Shown: positions 1 to 8,130 of the stretch, piece after piece
Position numbering within the stretch: the stretch's first letter is position 1
How the letters are laid out: each line of letters begins with the position of its first letter
IMG/VR virus record: IMGVR_UViG_3300048599_000821
Location: 1 to 36,871 of that record
DNA length: 36,871 nucleotides
Strand: one strand, 5' to 3'
DNA from: a virus
Lineage: Duplodnaviria; Caudoviricetes
Translations under genes and position numbers: made by a program
The notes under the pieces: generated by a model
Told to the model about the DNA's origin: nothing
Seen by the model: only the letters and a program-made list of their open reading frames with translations
Databases searched by the model: none

Positions 1-720
1 TCATGGGCGTACCTCTTTGGTCAACGGGAAGTGCTTGCAGCCGATGTCGCGGCGGATATTGCACCGCGGGCAGGGTGTGCGATCGGGTTCGGGGTGGCTG
101 CGCATGAACGGTGCGGCGCCGACGGGCGGCGCCGATCCGCGTTGGCTGCGGATGGAGCGGGCGGTGACGGCGCAGGCCGCCCGGTCATAGCCGGGCAGCG
201 GCGCGGCGACGCGCACGAAGCTGATGCGGAGAATATCGGGATTGCTAGCCCAGCGATTGGGCGCGGCGGGCCGGGCGTCGCCGAAGGCCGCATCCTGATC
301 CCAGCGTTGAATGAAGGCGTCGCGATCCTTCCAGCCGGCGGCGAGCAGCTGCGCCGCCTCGCCTGCCGCGTCGTGGAGCGGCAGGCGCGCGATCGCCGCG
401 ATCACCAGGTGCTGGCGGCGCCAGGCCTTGGGCAGGACGCGCGCGGCCTGGCGGCGGCCGAGCTCCGCCGCGTGGCGCGCGAACCAGAGCGCGTCGTGAT
501 CGGCAACGTAGACCGGCGCGACATCGTGGCCGGTCGCCCTGGTCGGTTTCAGATGAGCGAACGCCTTGGGCAGATGAAAGGGTTCGCGCACCCAGAGCAA
601 GTCGCCGGCCTGCAGCACCGACAGACGGCCGAGCGGTCGGAGCAGCGTCGTCATCGTGCCCGCGATCAAGGCGCCAATTTCGGGTTGCCGGATCGAAATC
701 GGCTGAGAAAGCGGCCTCAC
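1..720 (-). CDS. Phage hypothetical protein, ASCH/PUA-like N-terminus, C-terminal Cys motif
   Basis: GTG start 4 nt after the upstream stop; GDLLWVREPF motif typical of phage ASCH-like proteins; C-terminal CPRCNIRRDIGCKH. Confidence 0.6.
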   Translation of the reverse strand: MRPLSQPISIRQPEIGALIAGTMTTLLRPLGRLSVLQAGDLLWVREPFHLPKAFAHLKPTRATGHDVAPVYVADHDALWFARHAAELGRRQAARVLPKAWRRQHLVIAAIARLPLHDAAGEAAQLLAAGWKDRDAFIQRWDQDAAFGDARPAAPNRWASNPDILRISFVRVAAPLPGYDRAACAVTARSIRSQRGSAPPVGAAPFMRSHPEPDRTPCPRCNIRRDIGCKHFPLTKEVRP

Positions 721-724
721 CTGG

Positions 725-1654
725 TCAGCCCTCCGCCTGGGCGAGCGCGCCGAGATCGCCGCGGCGGGCGCGGTCGAAGGCGCGGGCTTCGCTGTCGTCC
801 TCGTCGTCGCCGGCGAGCGCCTGTTGCAGTTCGGACCAGGCCGCGGCGATCGCCCGGGCCGACGCTTCGGCGAATTTGAGATTGGGGTTCGCCGCCATTT
901 CGAGCAGCACGGTTTCGCGCCATTCGTTCTGCGGCGTTTCCGCCAGCATCTCGATCAGCATGAGCGCCTGTTCGCCGTCCTTCCAGATCAGCGGATCGCG
1001 CCTGGCCGTCAGTTCGGCGACGAGCGCCACGATGCCGGGAAAGATCGTGCCGGCATAGCGAAGCACCTGACCCGCGAAACCGTTGGCGAGAATGTGCAGG
1101 CTGGCGCGGCCGCGCGTCGCGCCGTGGCGCTTCCATGCCTGCTGGATCCCGCCGATGTTGCTCACCATGCCCGGCTTCCATCCGGTCGGGTTGGTGGTGG
1201 TCGCGATCGACAGGCCGACCTCGTCCATCGCGCGCGCGATCGCCGACGCTTCGCTGTCGCCGCTGGCGACCGCCGCCTTGAAGACGTCGAGCTTCGACAA
1301 TGACCGCCGGCGCAAATTCAGGTGGACGAAATTCGCCGCCTCGTCGGCGCGATCGGCGAGGTCGAGGATGACGCACGGCAAGTGCGCGATGTCGCGCCGC
1401 AGCTTGGCCGCGGCGAGCCGATGCTGTCCGTCGATGACGAAGAGCCCCCCCCCATCTCGTTTCGAGACGACGAGCGGCTGGCAGAGATCCCAGTTCCAAT
1501 GCGCCGCGATCTGTCGGATCAGGCTTTGCGACGGCCCGTTCTGGATCGACCGCTGATAGGAGGGGTCGATCATCAGCTGGCCGGGCGTGGCCCATTGCAA
1601 AACTGGCGGCGTGCCGAGAACGGGATTGCACTTCAAGCGATCGGTACCGGTCAT
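725..1654 (-). CDS. ParB/Srx-like N-terminal domain protein (DGQHR motif, DUF6551-like)
   Basis: IDPSYQR...PLVVSKR...FVIDGQHRLAAA motifs; SD-like GGAAGGA upstream. Confidence 0.8.
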   Translation of the reverse strand: MTGTDRLKCNPVLGTPPVLQWATPGQLMIDPSYQRSIQNGPSQSLIRQIAAHWNWDLCQPLVVSKRDGGGLFVIDGQHRLAAAKLRRDIAHLPCVILDLADRADEAANFVHLNLRRRSLSKLDVFKAAVASGDSEASAIARAMDEVGLSIATTTNPTGWKPGMVSNIGGIQQAWKRHGATRGRASLHILANGFAGQVLRYAGTIFPGIVALVAELTARRDPLIWKDGEQALMLIEMLAETPQNEWRETVLLEMAANPNLKFAEASARAIAAAWSELQQALAGDDEDDSEARAFDRARRGDLGALAQAEG

Positions 1655-1672
1655 CGCGATTCCTTCCCTCGA

Positions 1673-1831
1673 TCAGGCCTGCGGGCCGACGTTGGCAGGC
1701 GGGCTGATGGTGTTGACGGCGGCGGCGTAGGCGAGGCCGAGCATCGCGGCGGCCAGCAGGATCAGGGCAGCGCGGACCAGACCCGCGGGACCGTCGAACC
1801 AGTCATCATGGTCGTCGTGCGGTTCGATCAT
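1673..1831 (-). CDS. Small membrane protein (52 aa)
   Basis: MIEPHDD...LVRAALILLAAAMLGLAYAAAV; ATGA overlap with the upstream gene stop. Confidence 0.6.
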   Translation of the reverse strand: MIEPHDDHDDWFDGPAGLVRAALILLAAAMLGLAYAAAVNTISPPANVGPQA

Positions 1832-2076
1832 CGCGCCGCCCCGCTGCGCGCCAGCCACTGGTCGCGATGCGCCGGGCAGAGATCCTTGCCGGGCGCCGGC
1901 GTGTGCGCGCAGCTGCTGCAGATCGGCGTGTCGCAGGTTCCCGAGCGGCGCGACCTGACCTTCCAATCGCAGAGCCTGCCGGCGGGCTTTCCGCACGCGC
2001 ATTTGCGCCGGCTCCGGCGCGGGCCGCAGGCGATCGCGCGGCCGCCGCCGGGAAGCTGGACGGTTTCGCAGGTCAT
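1828..2076 (-). CDS. Small Cys-rich (putative Zn-binding) phage protein (82 aa)
   Basis: MTCETVQL...CACG...LCDW...TCDTPICSSC...DLCPAH; ATGA coupling on both sides. Confidence 0.7.
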   Translation of the reverse strand: MTCETVQLPGGGRAIACGPRRSRRKCACGKPAGRLCDWKVRSRRSGTCDTPICSSCAHTPAPGKDLCPAHRDQWLARSGAAR

Positions 2077-2183
2077 GCAGGCACCGCGGGCACGAAGACC
2101 GCCTGCCAGGCGGCGAGCAGAATCATCGCGGCAGTGAGGCGGCGGAGCCAACGGGCGGCGAGGGGCCAGAGGGTTCCGGTCAT
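2073..2183 (-). CDS. 36-aa hydrophobic peptide (below the ORF track cut-off)
   Basis: MTGTLWPLAARWLRRLTAAMILLAAWQAVFVPAVPA*; start overlaps the 2180 stop and stop overlaps the 2076 start (ATGA both ends). Confidence 0.6.
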   Translation of the reverse strand: MTGTLWPLAARWLRRLTAAMILLAAWQAVFVPAVPA

Positions 2184-2470
2184 TGCCGCACCAGCGACGG
2201 CGCGGCGTGAAGCGGCGCCTTCCCTGCATTGAGCCGTTCGGCGTCCTCCATCGCATTGCGGAGAAGCACGATCTGCGCCTCTATGTCATCGCGATCGAGG
2301 ATTTGGACCGACGCCCGACCGCTGCCGTCCGATGTAACGATCGCGGCGAAATGCCCTTCGGCCAGGGTCACGGTGTGGATCGCGACATCGGTCATGACCA
2401 GGCAAGGCTGCATCGTGCCGTCGTGCGTGAGGCCCATGATGATGGGCGGAAGCGATCGCGCGCGGCTCAC
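2180..2470 (-). CDS. Hypothetical protein (96 aa)
   Basis: GTG start overlapping the ParB-like gene stop (GTGA); protein-like composition MSRARSLPPIIMGL... Confidence 0.65.
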   Translation of the reverse strand: MSRARSLPPIIMGLTHDGTMQPCLVMTDVAIHTVTLAEGHFAAIVTSDGSGRASVQILDRDDIEAQIVLLRNAMEDAERLNAGKAPLHAAPSLVRQ

Positions 2471-4530
2471 GACACCGCCTCGCGCACCTTGGCGGCGTTG
2501 GCGCGCCCGCGCAGGGTGGTCTTCACCTTTTCGCGCTGGGCGGCGACGGGATCCGGCGGCGGTTCGGGAGGAGCGTCGGCCGGAGCAGGATCGGGGCCGA
2601 AGGCGAGGATCGCGGGGAGCCAGCGGGCGGCGCGGTCGCGCATGTCGGGGTCGCGGCGGTTTTCGGGGATCAGCGCGGTCGCGGCCGCGATCGTCAGATC
2701 GGCATCCTTCAGCTTCGTCATGCCGGCGTGCGTGTCCTGGTCGACGAACGGCTGCGCGGCGGCAAGACGGAAGAGCTTGCCGAACAGGCCGAGCCAGTGG
2801 CCGGTCGGGGTCCACCAGCGGCGGAGCTGCGCGGCGTCGGCGCCGCAGGCGCGCGCGACGACGTCGTGCGCGGCGATGCGCCAGCCCGGGGTGTCGGCCG
2901 ATCGCAGCAGCGCGGCGCCGGCGACGATCGCCTCGGTCCGGCGGCGCGCGTGCGGCGGCAGCTCGAGATAGAGCTGAAGGCTGGCGGCGGGATCCTTTTC
3001 GACCATGAAGTCGGCTTCGCGCAGCTCGGCGATCGCGGCCTGCCAATCCTGTTCGGCGACGACGTCGTGCCCGAAATCGGGCCACAGGCCCACGGGCTCG
3101 CGATCATTGTCGTTCCATTCGTCGACGATGCGGCGCATGCCGGTCTGCGATGCGATCGCGCTGGCGAACAGCGCGCGCGCCTGGGCCCAGACGAGATAGT
3201 TGCGGGCGACGTGGCTGGCCGGGCCCGTCGACGATTCGAGCAGCAGGCGGCGCAGCAGCGCGCGGCGCAGCGAGCGGACGAGCTGCAGCCCGTCGGCGGT
3301 CAGGCCATATTCGTCCCTGGCGATCGCGCGGCCATATTGCGCATAGTCGCTGTCGGGCATCGCCAGCGCTTCGCCGGCGTGGACATTGGCCCCCACCCTG
3401 TCCGCTGACGGCGCGGACGGCGTGGGCGCCGGTTCGGCACCGCCGCGTTCGGCCGCACCCTTGGCGGCGCGACTGGCCCACCAGAAGCGCGTCAGCAGTT
3501 CGCCCTCGTCGCCGATATCGACGGTGGCGACGACGTCGCCCGCCGGCAGCTTGCCGTTGGCGCGGATCTCGAGCGGCTGATCGGTGCGCCCGGCGAACTG
3601 GGGCGGCTGGGGCACGAACCGCAGGTCGGGGCGCTTGATGCTGTCGCGGATGCGCGCACGCTCCACGTCCAGCCGTTCCTCGACCAGGCGGCGGAGCAGC
3701 TCCTCGTCGGCAATGCGGACGCGCGCGTCGCGGCCGTCGGCGAAGAGGTCGGGTTCGATCGCGCCGCCGCGACCGAGATAGATCGCCTCGCCCACGAACA
3801 GCAGCAGGCGCCGGGTTTCGTGATCGCCGACCTTGAGCGCGGCGCGGATGCGCGACGCATTGTGGATGTAGGAAGGCTGGTGCGCGAGGCTTTCGAAGAC
3901 GAGCAGCTGCAGCGCCTGATCCTCGGTCGCGGCATAGGCCATGGCGATATCCGAGCCGAAGTCGCCCGCGCGATAGGCGGCGAGGATCGGGGGCGCCAAA
4001 CGGCCGAGGCGGAGCTGGCGCGCCACCCAGTGGCGGGTCTGGCCCAGATTGCCGGCGATCGCCTCGACGCTGTCGCCGCGATCGACGGCCGCGGCGATCG
4101 CGGCGTGGACCTCATATTCGCGGAGCTGGCGGCGCAGCAGGTTTTCGCCGAGCGACATCTCCGTGATCTCGGCCTCGGACCCGGTGAAGACCGACGCGGT
4201 GATCGGCCAGTCGGCGGGAAGCCGCCCCGCCTCGATCAAGCGGCCGATCGCGCGCAGCCGGCGGCCGCCGCCGAGCACACCCCATGGCGTCGGCGCGCCG
4301 TCGCCGGCGGCATGGACCACGAGCGGCTGCAGCAGACCGCGGCGCGCGATCGACGCCTCGAGCGCATCGGTCGCGTCGGCATCCTCGGCATTGGTGCGGA
4401 CGTTGAGCGCCGATTTGTGGAGTTCGGCGTAGAGGAAAGTGCGCGGCGGCGAGACGGCATCGAGCGCGTCGCAAATGTCGACGTCGATCGTGTCGGCGGG
4501 GTCGGTGACGATGGCAGGGGAACCGGTCAT
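2467..4530 (-). CDS. Large ParB/RepB/Spo0J-family protein
   Basis: LEASIARRGLLQPLVV, GGGRRLRA, SLGENLLRRQL, then HTH (VEAIAGNLGQTRHWVARQLRLGRL); SD AAAGGA. Confidence 0.88.
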   Translation of the reverse strand: MTGSPAIVTDPADTIDVDICDALDAVSPPRTFLYAELHKSALNVRTNAEDADATDALEASIARRGLLQPLVVHAAGDGAPTPWGVLGGGRRLRAIGRLIEAGRLPADWPITASVFTGSEAEITEMSLGENLLRRQLREYEVHAAIAAAVDRGDSVEAIAGNLGQTRHWVARQLRLGRLAPPILAAYRAGDFGSDIAMAYAATEDQALQLLVFESLAHQPSYIHNASRIRAALKVGDHETRRLLLFVGEAIYLGRGGAIEPDLFADGRDARVRIADEELLRRLVEERLDVERARIRDSIKRPDLRFVPQPPQFAGRTDQPLEIRANGKLPAGDVVATVDIGDEGELLTRFWWASRAAKGAAERGGAEPAPTPSAPSADRVGANVHAGEALAMPDSDYAQYGRAIARDEYGLTADGLQLVRSLRRALLRRLLLESSTGPASHVARNYLVWAQARALFASAIASQTGMRRIVDEWNDNDREPVGLWPDFGHDVVAEQDWQAAIAELREADFMVEKDPAASLQLYLELPPHARRRTEAIVAGAALLRSADTPGWRIAAHDVVARACGADAAQLRRWWTPTGHWLGLFGKLFRLAAAQPFVDQDTHAGMTKLKDADLTIAAATALIPENRRDPDMRDRAARWLPAILAFGPDPAPADAPPEPPPDPVAAQREKVKTTLRGRANAAKVREAVS

Positions 4531-4916
4531 GGCAGGGTCCTTTCCAATCGGGCGGCGAGCGGGGCCGGGATTTGCTTCAGCTGGTCGAGGAAGGCGGCGT
4601 CGGCCGCGTCGGCCGCGTCGGCGCGCGGGGTCAGCTTGCGGAAGCCGCGGGCGTCATAGCTGCGGCGTCCGAAGCGGGCGAAGATCAGGAAGGGGCCCGT
4701 ACCGCCATCACCGCGTGCGACGTCGCGAACGGCGTCGACCATGAAGACTTCGCCCTGAAGTGGCCCGGGGCCGAGGCCATTGCGGAGATTGAACCACACA
4801 CCGGCGACGACGCATTCCGCAAGATCGCCTTCGTGCCAGCTGTGGCTGTCGAGAATCTCCGCCGACTTGCCGATCCCAAGCGCACGCATGACGGTGTGGA
4901 TGAACCGGGCGGCCAT
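4527..4916 (-). CDS. Hypothetical protein (129 aa)
   Basis: Coupled to both neighbours (TGATG / ATGA overlaps). Confidence 0.7.
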   Translation of the reverse strand: MAARFIHTVMRALGIGKSAEILDSHSWHEGDLAECVVAGVWFNLRNGLGPGPLQGEVFMVDAVRDVARGDGGTGPFLIFARFGRRSYDARGFRKLTPRADAADAADAAFLDQLKQIPAPLAARLERTLP

Positions 4917-5158
4917 CAGTCGATCCCCAGCGCGGCTTTGTAGACGTCGAGGATCGCCTCCATTTCCTTGCGGTCGTGGACGGGCATTTTGCGCAGACGG
5001 ATGATCTGGCGCATGATTTTCGGGTCATAACCGTGCGACTTCGCCTCGTTGTAGGTGTCGCGTTTGTCGTCCTTGAGGCCTTTTTCTTCCTCCTCGAATC
5101 GTTCGATGCGCTCGATGAACAGGCGCAGCTGGTCATCGCTGGTCGATGCTTCGCTCAC
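4916..5158 (-). CDS. gapR: DUF2312/UPF0335 GapR-like DNA-binding protein
   Basis: QLRLFIERIERFEEEEK...YNEAKSHGYDPKIMRQIIRLRK...LDVYKAALG matches the GapR family pattern. Confidence 0.92.
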   Translation of the reverse strand: MSEASTSDDQLRLFIERIERFEEEEKGLKDDKRDTYNEAKSHGYDPKIMRQIIRLRKMPVHDRKEMEAILDVYKAALGID

Positions 5159-5472
5159 TGGCTTTCTCCCATGCTGGCGGTCGTCTCGACGACGCGCATG
5201 CCGCTTGCCTGGCCGAAGGCCACGAGGCCCTTCAGATTGATCTCCATCACGCCGATCGCGCTGCTGAGCGCGGCCGACACGATGGCCATTTGGGCCGGCT
5301 CGATGCTCGCCCGAGCACCCGCGCGGTCGATCGCCGCCACGGCGTCGTTCACGGCGAGGGTTGCGAGGTCGGCGATTTCGTCGATAGCGGCAGGGGGAAG
5401 CCCGCCAGTCAGAAACGCCTCGCGCAGCGACGAGCGGAGCGTGTCGGGCACGATCAGGCCGAGCGGGCTCAC
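5155..5472 (-). CDS. Hypothetical protein, paralogue C of a tandem triplet (105 aa)
   Basis: GTG start, GTGA overlaps; MSPLGLIVPDTLRSSLREAF...AVAAIDR. Confidence 0.7.
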   Translation of the reverse strand: MSPLGLIVPDTLRSSLREAFLTGGLPPAAIDEIADLATLAVNDAVAAIDRAGARASIEPAQMAIVSAALSSAIGVMEINLKGLVAFGQASGMRVVETTASMGESQ

Positions 5473-5774
5473 TCGCCCGCCTCCGCGCGCCGGGCGGCGG
5501 TGCCCCGGATCATGATGCCGAGCATCGACGCGTTTGTGTTGTGCAGGATGTGCGACGTCATCGACATCGCGGTCGAAAGGACCACGAGCTGGGCCATGCC
5601 CTCGGGCACGCGGGACGCGGTCCGGTCGATGGCGGCCACCGCCTCGCTGATGGCGTGAAAGGTCAAGTCGACCATCGCCTCCGAAGTCATCTCGAGGCTG
5701 GCGGGCAAGGTGGAAAACTTCCGGCGCAGCTCGGCGCGAAGCTCCTCGGGGGTTTCGAGGCCGAGCTTGCTCAC
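5469..5774 (-). CDS. Hypothetical protein, paralogue B of a tandem triplet (101 aa)
   Basis: GTG start, GTGA overlaps; MSKLGLETPEELRAELRRKF...AVAAIDR. Confidence 0.7.
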   Translation of the reverse strand: MSKLGLETPEELRAELRRKFSTLPASLEMTSEAMVDLTFHAISEAVAAIDRTASRVPEGMAQLVVLSTAMSMTSHILHNTNASMLGIMIRGTAARRAEAGE

Positions 5775-6118
5775 GCTTCCGACTCCGCGAGCACCGGCAT
5801 CCGCGGCCTGAACCGGTCGAGCGCGTCGCGGCCCGCGAGCAGCGCCGCGCGCTGGCAGGTGGCGCCATGCGCCGAGCGCGGTTCGCACATCGCCAGCGCG
5901 GGCAGCATGTCGCGGATGACGTCCAGCAGCTGGCCGACGACGGGGTGCGGGATGACGCGATCGGCCTGTTCGACCAGCGTCACGGCTTCGTCGGCGGCCT
6001 GGAGCGTGATGTCGGCGAGATCCTGCGCGATGGCGGCGGGGGTGCCGGGGCATGCGAGGAAGAGATCGAGCAGCGCGGCGCGCAGGCCGTCGGGAAAGGG
6101 GGCGGTGATCGGCGTCAT
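5771..6118 (-). CDS. Hypothetical protein, paralogue A of a tandem triplet (115 aa)
   Basis: ATGA overlap; MTPITAPFPDGLRAALLDLF...EAVTLVEQ. Confidence 0.7.
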   Translation of the reverse strand: MTPITAPFPDGLRAALLDLFLACPGTPAAIAQDLADITLQAADEAVTLVEQADRVIPHPVVGQLLDVIRDMLPALAMCEPRSAHGATCQRAALLAGRDALDRFRPRMPVLAESEA

Positions 6119-6348
6119 CGGGCGAGCTCCGGTTCGGGCGCGGCGCGGTCGCCGGCGGCGAAGGTCGCGTCGAAGCGGTCGACGACGAGCTTCACCATCT
6201 GGGCGCGAGACAGCAGCATCGGCTGGGGATGTTCGAGCGCGTCGCGGGCGGCCGCGAGGGCGGCGTCGTGGAGCATTTCGAGCGTCGGCTGCGCGAAGGG
6301 CCGATTGGCGGGCGGAAACTCAGCGGTGGCGGGTTCGGGGGTGGACAT
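6115..6348 (-). CDS. Hypothetical protein (77 aa), in frame with the upstream CII-like ORF
   Basis: Internal ATG (MSTPEP) preceded by SD-like AAAGG. Confidence 0.55.
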   Translation of the reverse strand: MSTPEPATAEFPPANRPFAQPTLEMLHDAALAAARDALEHPQPMLLSRAQMVKLVVDRFDATFAAGDRAAPEPELAR

Positions 6349-7005
6349 TGCGGTACCTTTCGAACGGCAGCAGAAAGCCGCTGCCGAAAGCGCGATGCCG
6401 ACGGCGAGCGGGGTGATGGAAAAGGGGGCCGGTCGGGATGGGGAATCGAGGAACTGATCCCGACCGGCCCCAGTCATCCGCGCGGGCCGAAAAACGGTCG
6501 CAAGGCTCGCGCGGGTGGGCAGTGGCGGATCAGGGCGGGCGCGCGGGCGGTACCCCGGGGCGCCGAGGAGCGGAATGACCTGGTCGAGCGCCTGGCGCGC
6601 CTCGGTCGCCTCGGCGAGCGCGCGGGCGCGGTCGGCCTCGGTCGCGGCGGGGTGCGCGGCGCCGATGATCGCGGCATTGGCTTCGCCGGTTTCGCGCGCG
6701 ACGTCCTGTGCGTGGCGCAGCAGCTGGTGGCGATCGCCGAAGCGTTCGGCGTCGGCGAGCTCGAGCTTGAGCGCATAGGCTTCGAAGATCGGGGTGCCGG
6801 TGCCGCCGGCGGCGAGATAGGCGAGGTCGAGCGCGATCGCGCAGTCGACGGGGACCTGTTCGGGGGTGTCGGGATCGCTCCAGTTGCTGACCGTGCGGCG
6901 TTCGCGGCCGACGATGCGCGCGAGATCGGTGAAGCCGTCGTCGTGCACACCGGCGATGCGGACGATCGCGGCCTCGATCGACAGGGGGGCGCGGGCCTTG
7001 GTCAT
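6115..7005 (-). CDS. Phage CII-like regulatory protein (N-terminal ~160 aa); the ORF reads on to 6115
   Basis: HTH-like LARIVGRERRTVSNWSDPD and ARETGEANAAI helix; position downstream of cro. Confidence 0.6.
   Translation of the reverse strand: MTKARAPLSIEAAIVRIAGVHDDGFTDLARIVGRERRTVSNWSDPDTPEQVPVDCAIALDLAYLAAGGTGTPIFEAYALKLELADAERFGDRHQLLRHAQDVARETGEANAAIIGAAHPAATEADRARALAEATEARQALDQVIPLLGAPGYRPRARPDPPLPTRASLATVFRPARMTGAGRDQFLDSPSRPAPFSITPLAVGIALSAAAFCCRSKGTAMSTPEPATAEFPPANRPFAQPTLEMLHDAALAAARDALEHPQPMLLSRAQMVKLVVDRFDATFAAGDRAAPEPELAR
6420..6471 (-). terminator. 15-bp GC-rich stem followed by a short U-tract on the minus strand (possible intrinsic terminator/attenuator)
   Basis: GGGGCCGGTCGGGAT (6425-6439) pairs perfectly with ATCCCGACCGGCCCC (6457-6471); CTTTT follows on the minus strand. 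Confidence 0.55.
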
Positions 7006-7286
7006 TCCGAAGGCCCCTCCGCCTTCATGTCTTCAAGGGCGCCATCGGCGTTCTCGACCGCGCTTCGGGCCTGTCGCAGGCTGACCCGCACGTCACCGAT
7101 GCAGTCGTCATGTTCGCGCAGGACGGAGTCGATCAGGTCGAAAGCCTGTCCGAGGCGGCCATCGCTCCACCCGCCCTGCTCATAGCTTGCGCGGCTGGCC
7201 AAAGGCGGGTCCGACGGCAAGGGACGCGCGGCCGTGTCGGCGCTAGGCGGTTGCGGGCGGGAGGCGGGGGCGATGTCGGCCATCAT
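7002..7286 (-). CDS. Hypothetical protein (94 aa)
   Basis: ATGA overlaps with the cro stop and the CII-like start. Confidence 0.6.
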   Translation of the reverse strand: MMADIAPASRPQPPSADTAARPLPSDPPLASRASYEQGGWSDGRLGQAFDLIDSVLREHDDCIGDVRVSLRQARSAVENADGALEDMKAEGPSE

Positions 7287-7618
7287 GCGGACAGACCGGA
7301 AAGGGAATCGGAGGTGCCGCGATCGGCGCGGGAGGGTGTGGATGAGCCCCCTCCCGCGCCGCCCCTCGCGGCGTCGTCGCCTGAAGCCGTGGAGGACACG
7401 ACGTCGCGCGGATAGATGTCGGGGCGAAGGTCCTCCTTGGGGATGCCGGTGGCGGCTTCGACCTTCAGGACGTGGCGAGGCGGGATCGCCTTGTTCTTGA
7501 TGCACCACTCAGAAACCGACTGCTGCGTTACGCCCACGATTTGGGCGAGCGCGCCTTGCGACCCCAAGCGAGCGACCACTTGGCGCGCTGTCACAATAGA
7601 TGCTGATTCGTTTTCCAC
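7283..7618 (-). CDS. cro: Cro-like (YdaS-family) HTH regulator; start uncertain (7618 or 7639)
   Basis: GSQGALAQIVGVTQQSVSEW...IPP...VEAATGIPKEDLRPDIY; divergent from the repressor. Confidence 0.85.
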   Translation of the reverse strand: MENESASIVTARQVVARLGSQGALAQIVGVTQQSVSEWCIKNKAIPPRHVLKVEAATGIPKEDLRPDIYPRDVVSSTASGDDAARGGAGGGSSTPSRADRGTSDSLSGLSA

Positions 7619-7694
7619 AGTCTTGGTTGTTACAAGCAAGCCTGTGAGAGAGTCAACAGTCTCACGGAAATATGATCACAACAACGCCTGTTGT
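7617..7694. promoter_or_regulatory. Lysis-lysogeny switch: 14-bp ACA-N8-TGT operators and divergent promoters
   Basis: ACAGTCTTGGTTGT 7617-7630, ACAAGCAAGCCTGT 7632-7645, ACAACGCCTGTTGT 7681-7694; TTGACT -35-like hexamer on the minus strand at 7651-7656. Confidence 0.75.
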
Positions 7695-7704
7695 AGCAAA
7701 AACC

Positions 7705-8088
7705 ATGCTTATTGCTGAGCGCATCAAGGGACAGATGGAGGCATGCGAGTTGACGCAGGCGGCATTGGCGCGCGAGGTTGGCGTGTCGCAGCAGTCGATC
7801 GGACGGCTCGTTTCGGGCGAGGCCATCGGATCGCGATATCTGCACAAGATCGCAGCGGCGCTTCATACAACCCCTGCTTATCTGACCGGCGAAACCGACG
7901 ACCCGACGAGCGAACTCCCCGACGATCCATATTCGAGCGACGAGCGGGACCTGATCAACCAGCTGCGGCAATTGCCGCCAGCCGCTCAAGCGGCGGTGCG
8001 CGATCTGGTTAAATCGTTGACGGAGAGTTGCGTCTTGCCGTCCACAACCGTGCACACGCCCTCCCGCACGTATCGGGGGCAGAGCTGA
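7705..8088 (+). CDS. cI: CI-like XRE-family repressor without an S24 peptidase domain
   Basis: LTQAALAREVGVSQQSIGRLVSG...IAAALHTTPAYLTGE; short C-terminal helical region; 127 aa. Confidence 0.85.
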   Translation: MLIAERIKGQMEACELTQAALAREVGVSQQSIGRLVSGEAIGSRYLHKIAAALHTTPAYLTGETDDPTSELPDDPYSSDERDLINQLRQLPPAAQAAVRDLVKSLTESCVLPSTTVHTPSRTYRGQS

Positions 8089-8130
8089 TACGGATCGGGG
8101 AAATGTGACAAATTGAAGGGGGATACGGGG

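Noticed and set aside
725-1654. DGQHR motif suggesting DndB/phosphorothioation
   Set aside because: No dnd or ssp genes nearby; the motif is shared by ParB-like phage proteins
7002-7639. YdaS/YdaT toxin-antitoxin pair
   Set aside because: Divergent arrangement with an XRE repressor and shared operators indicates Cro of a lambdoid switch
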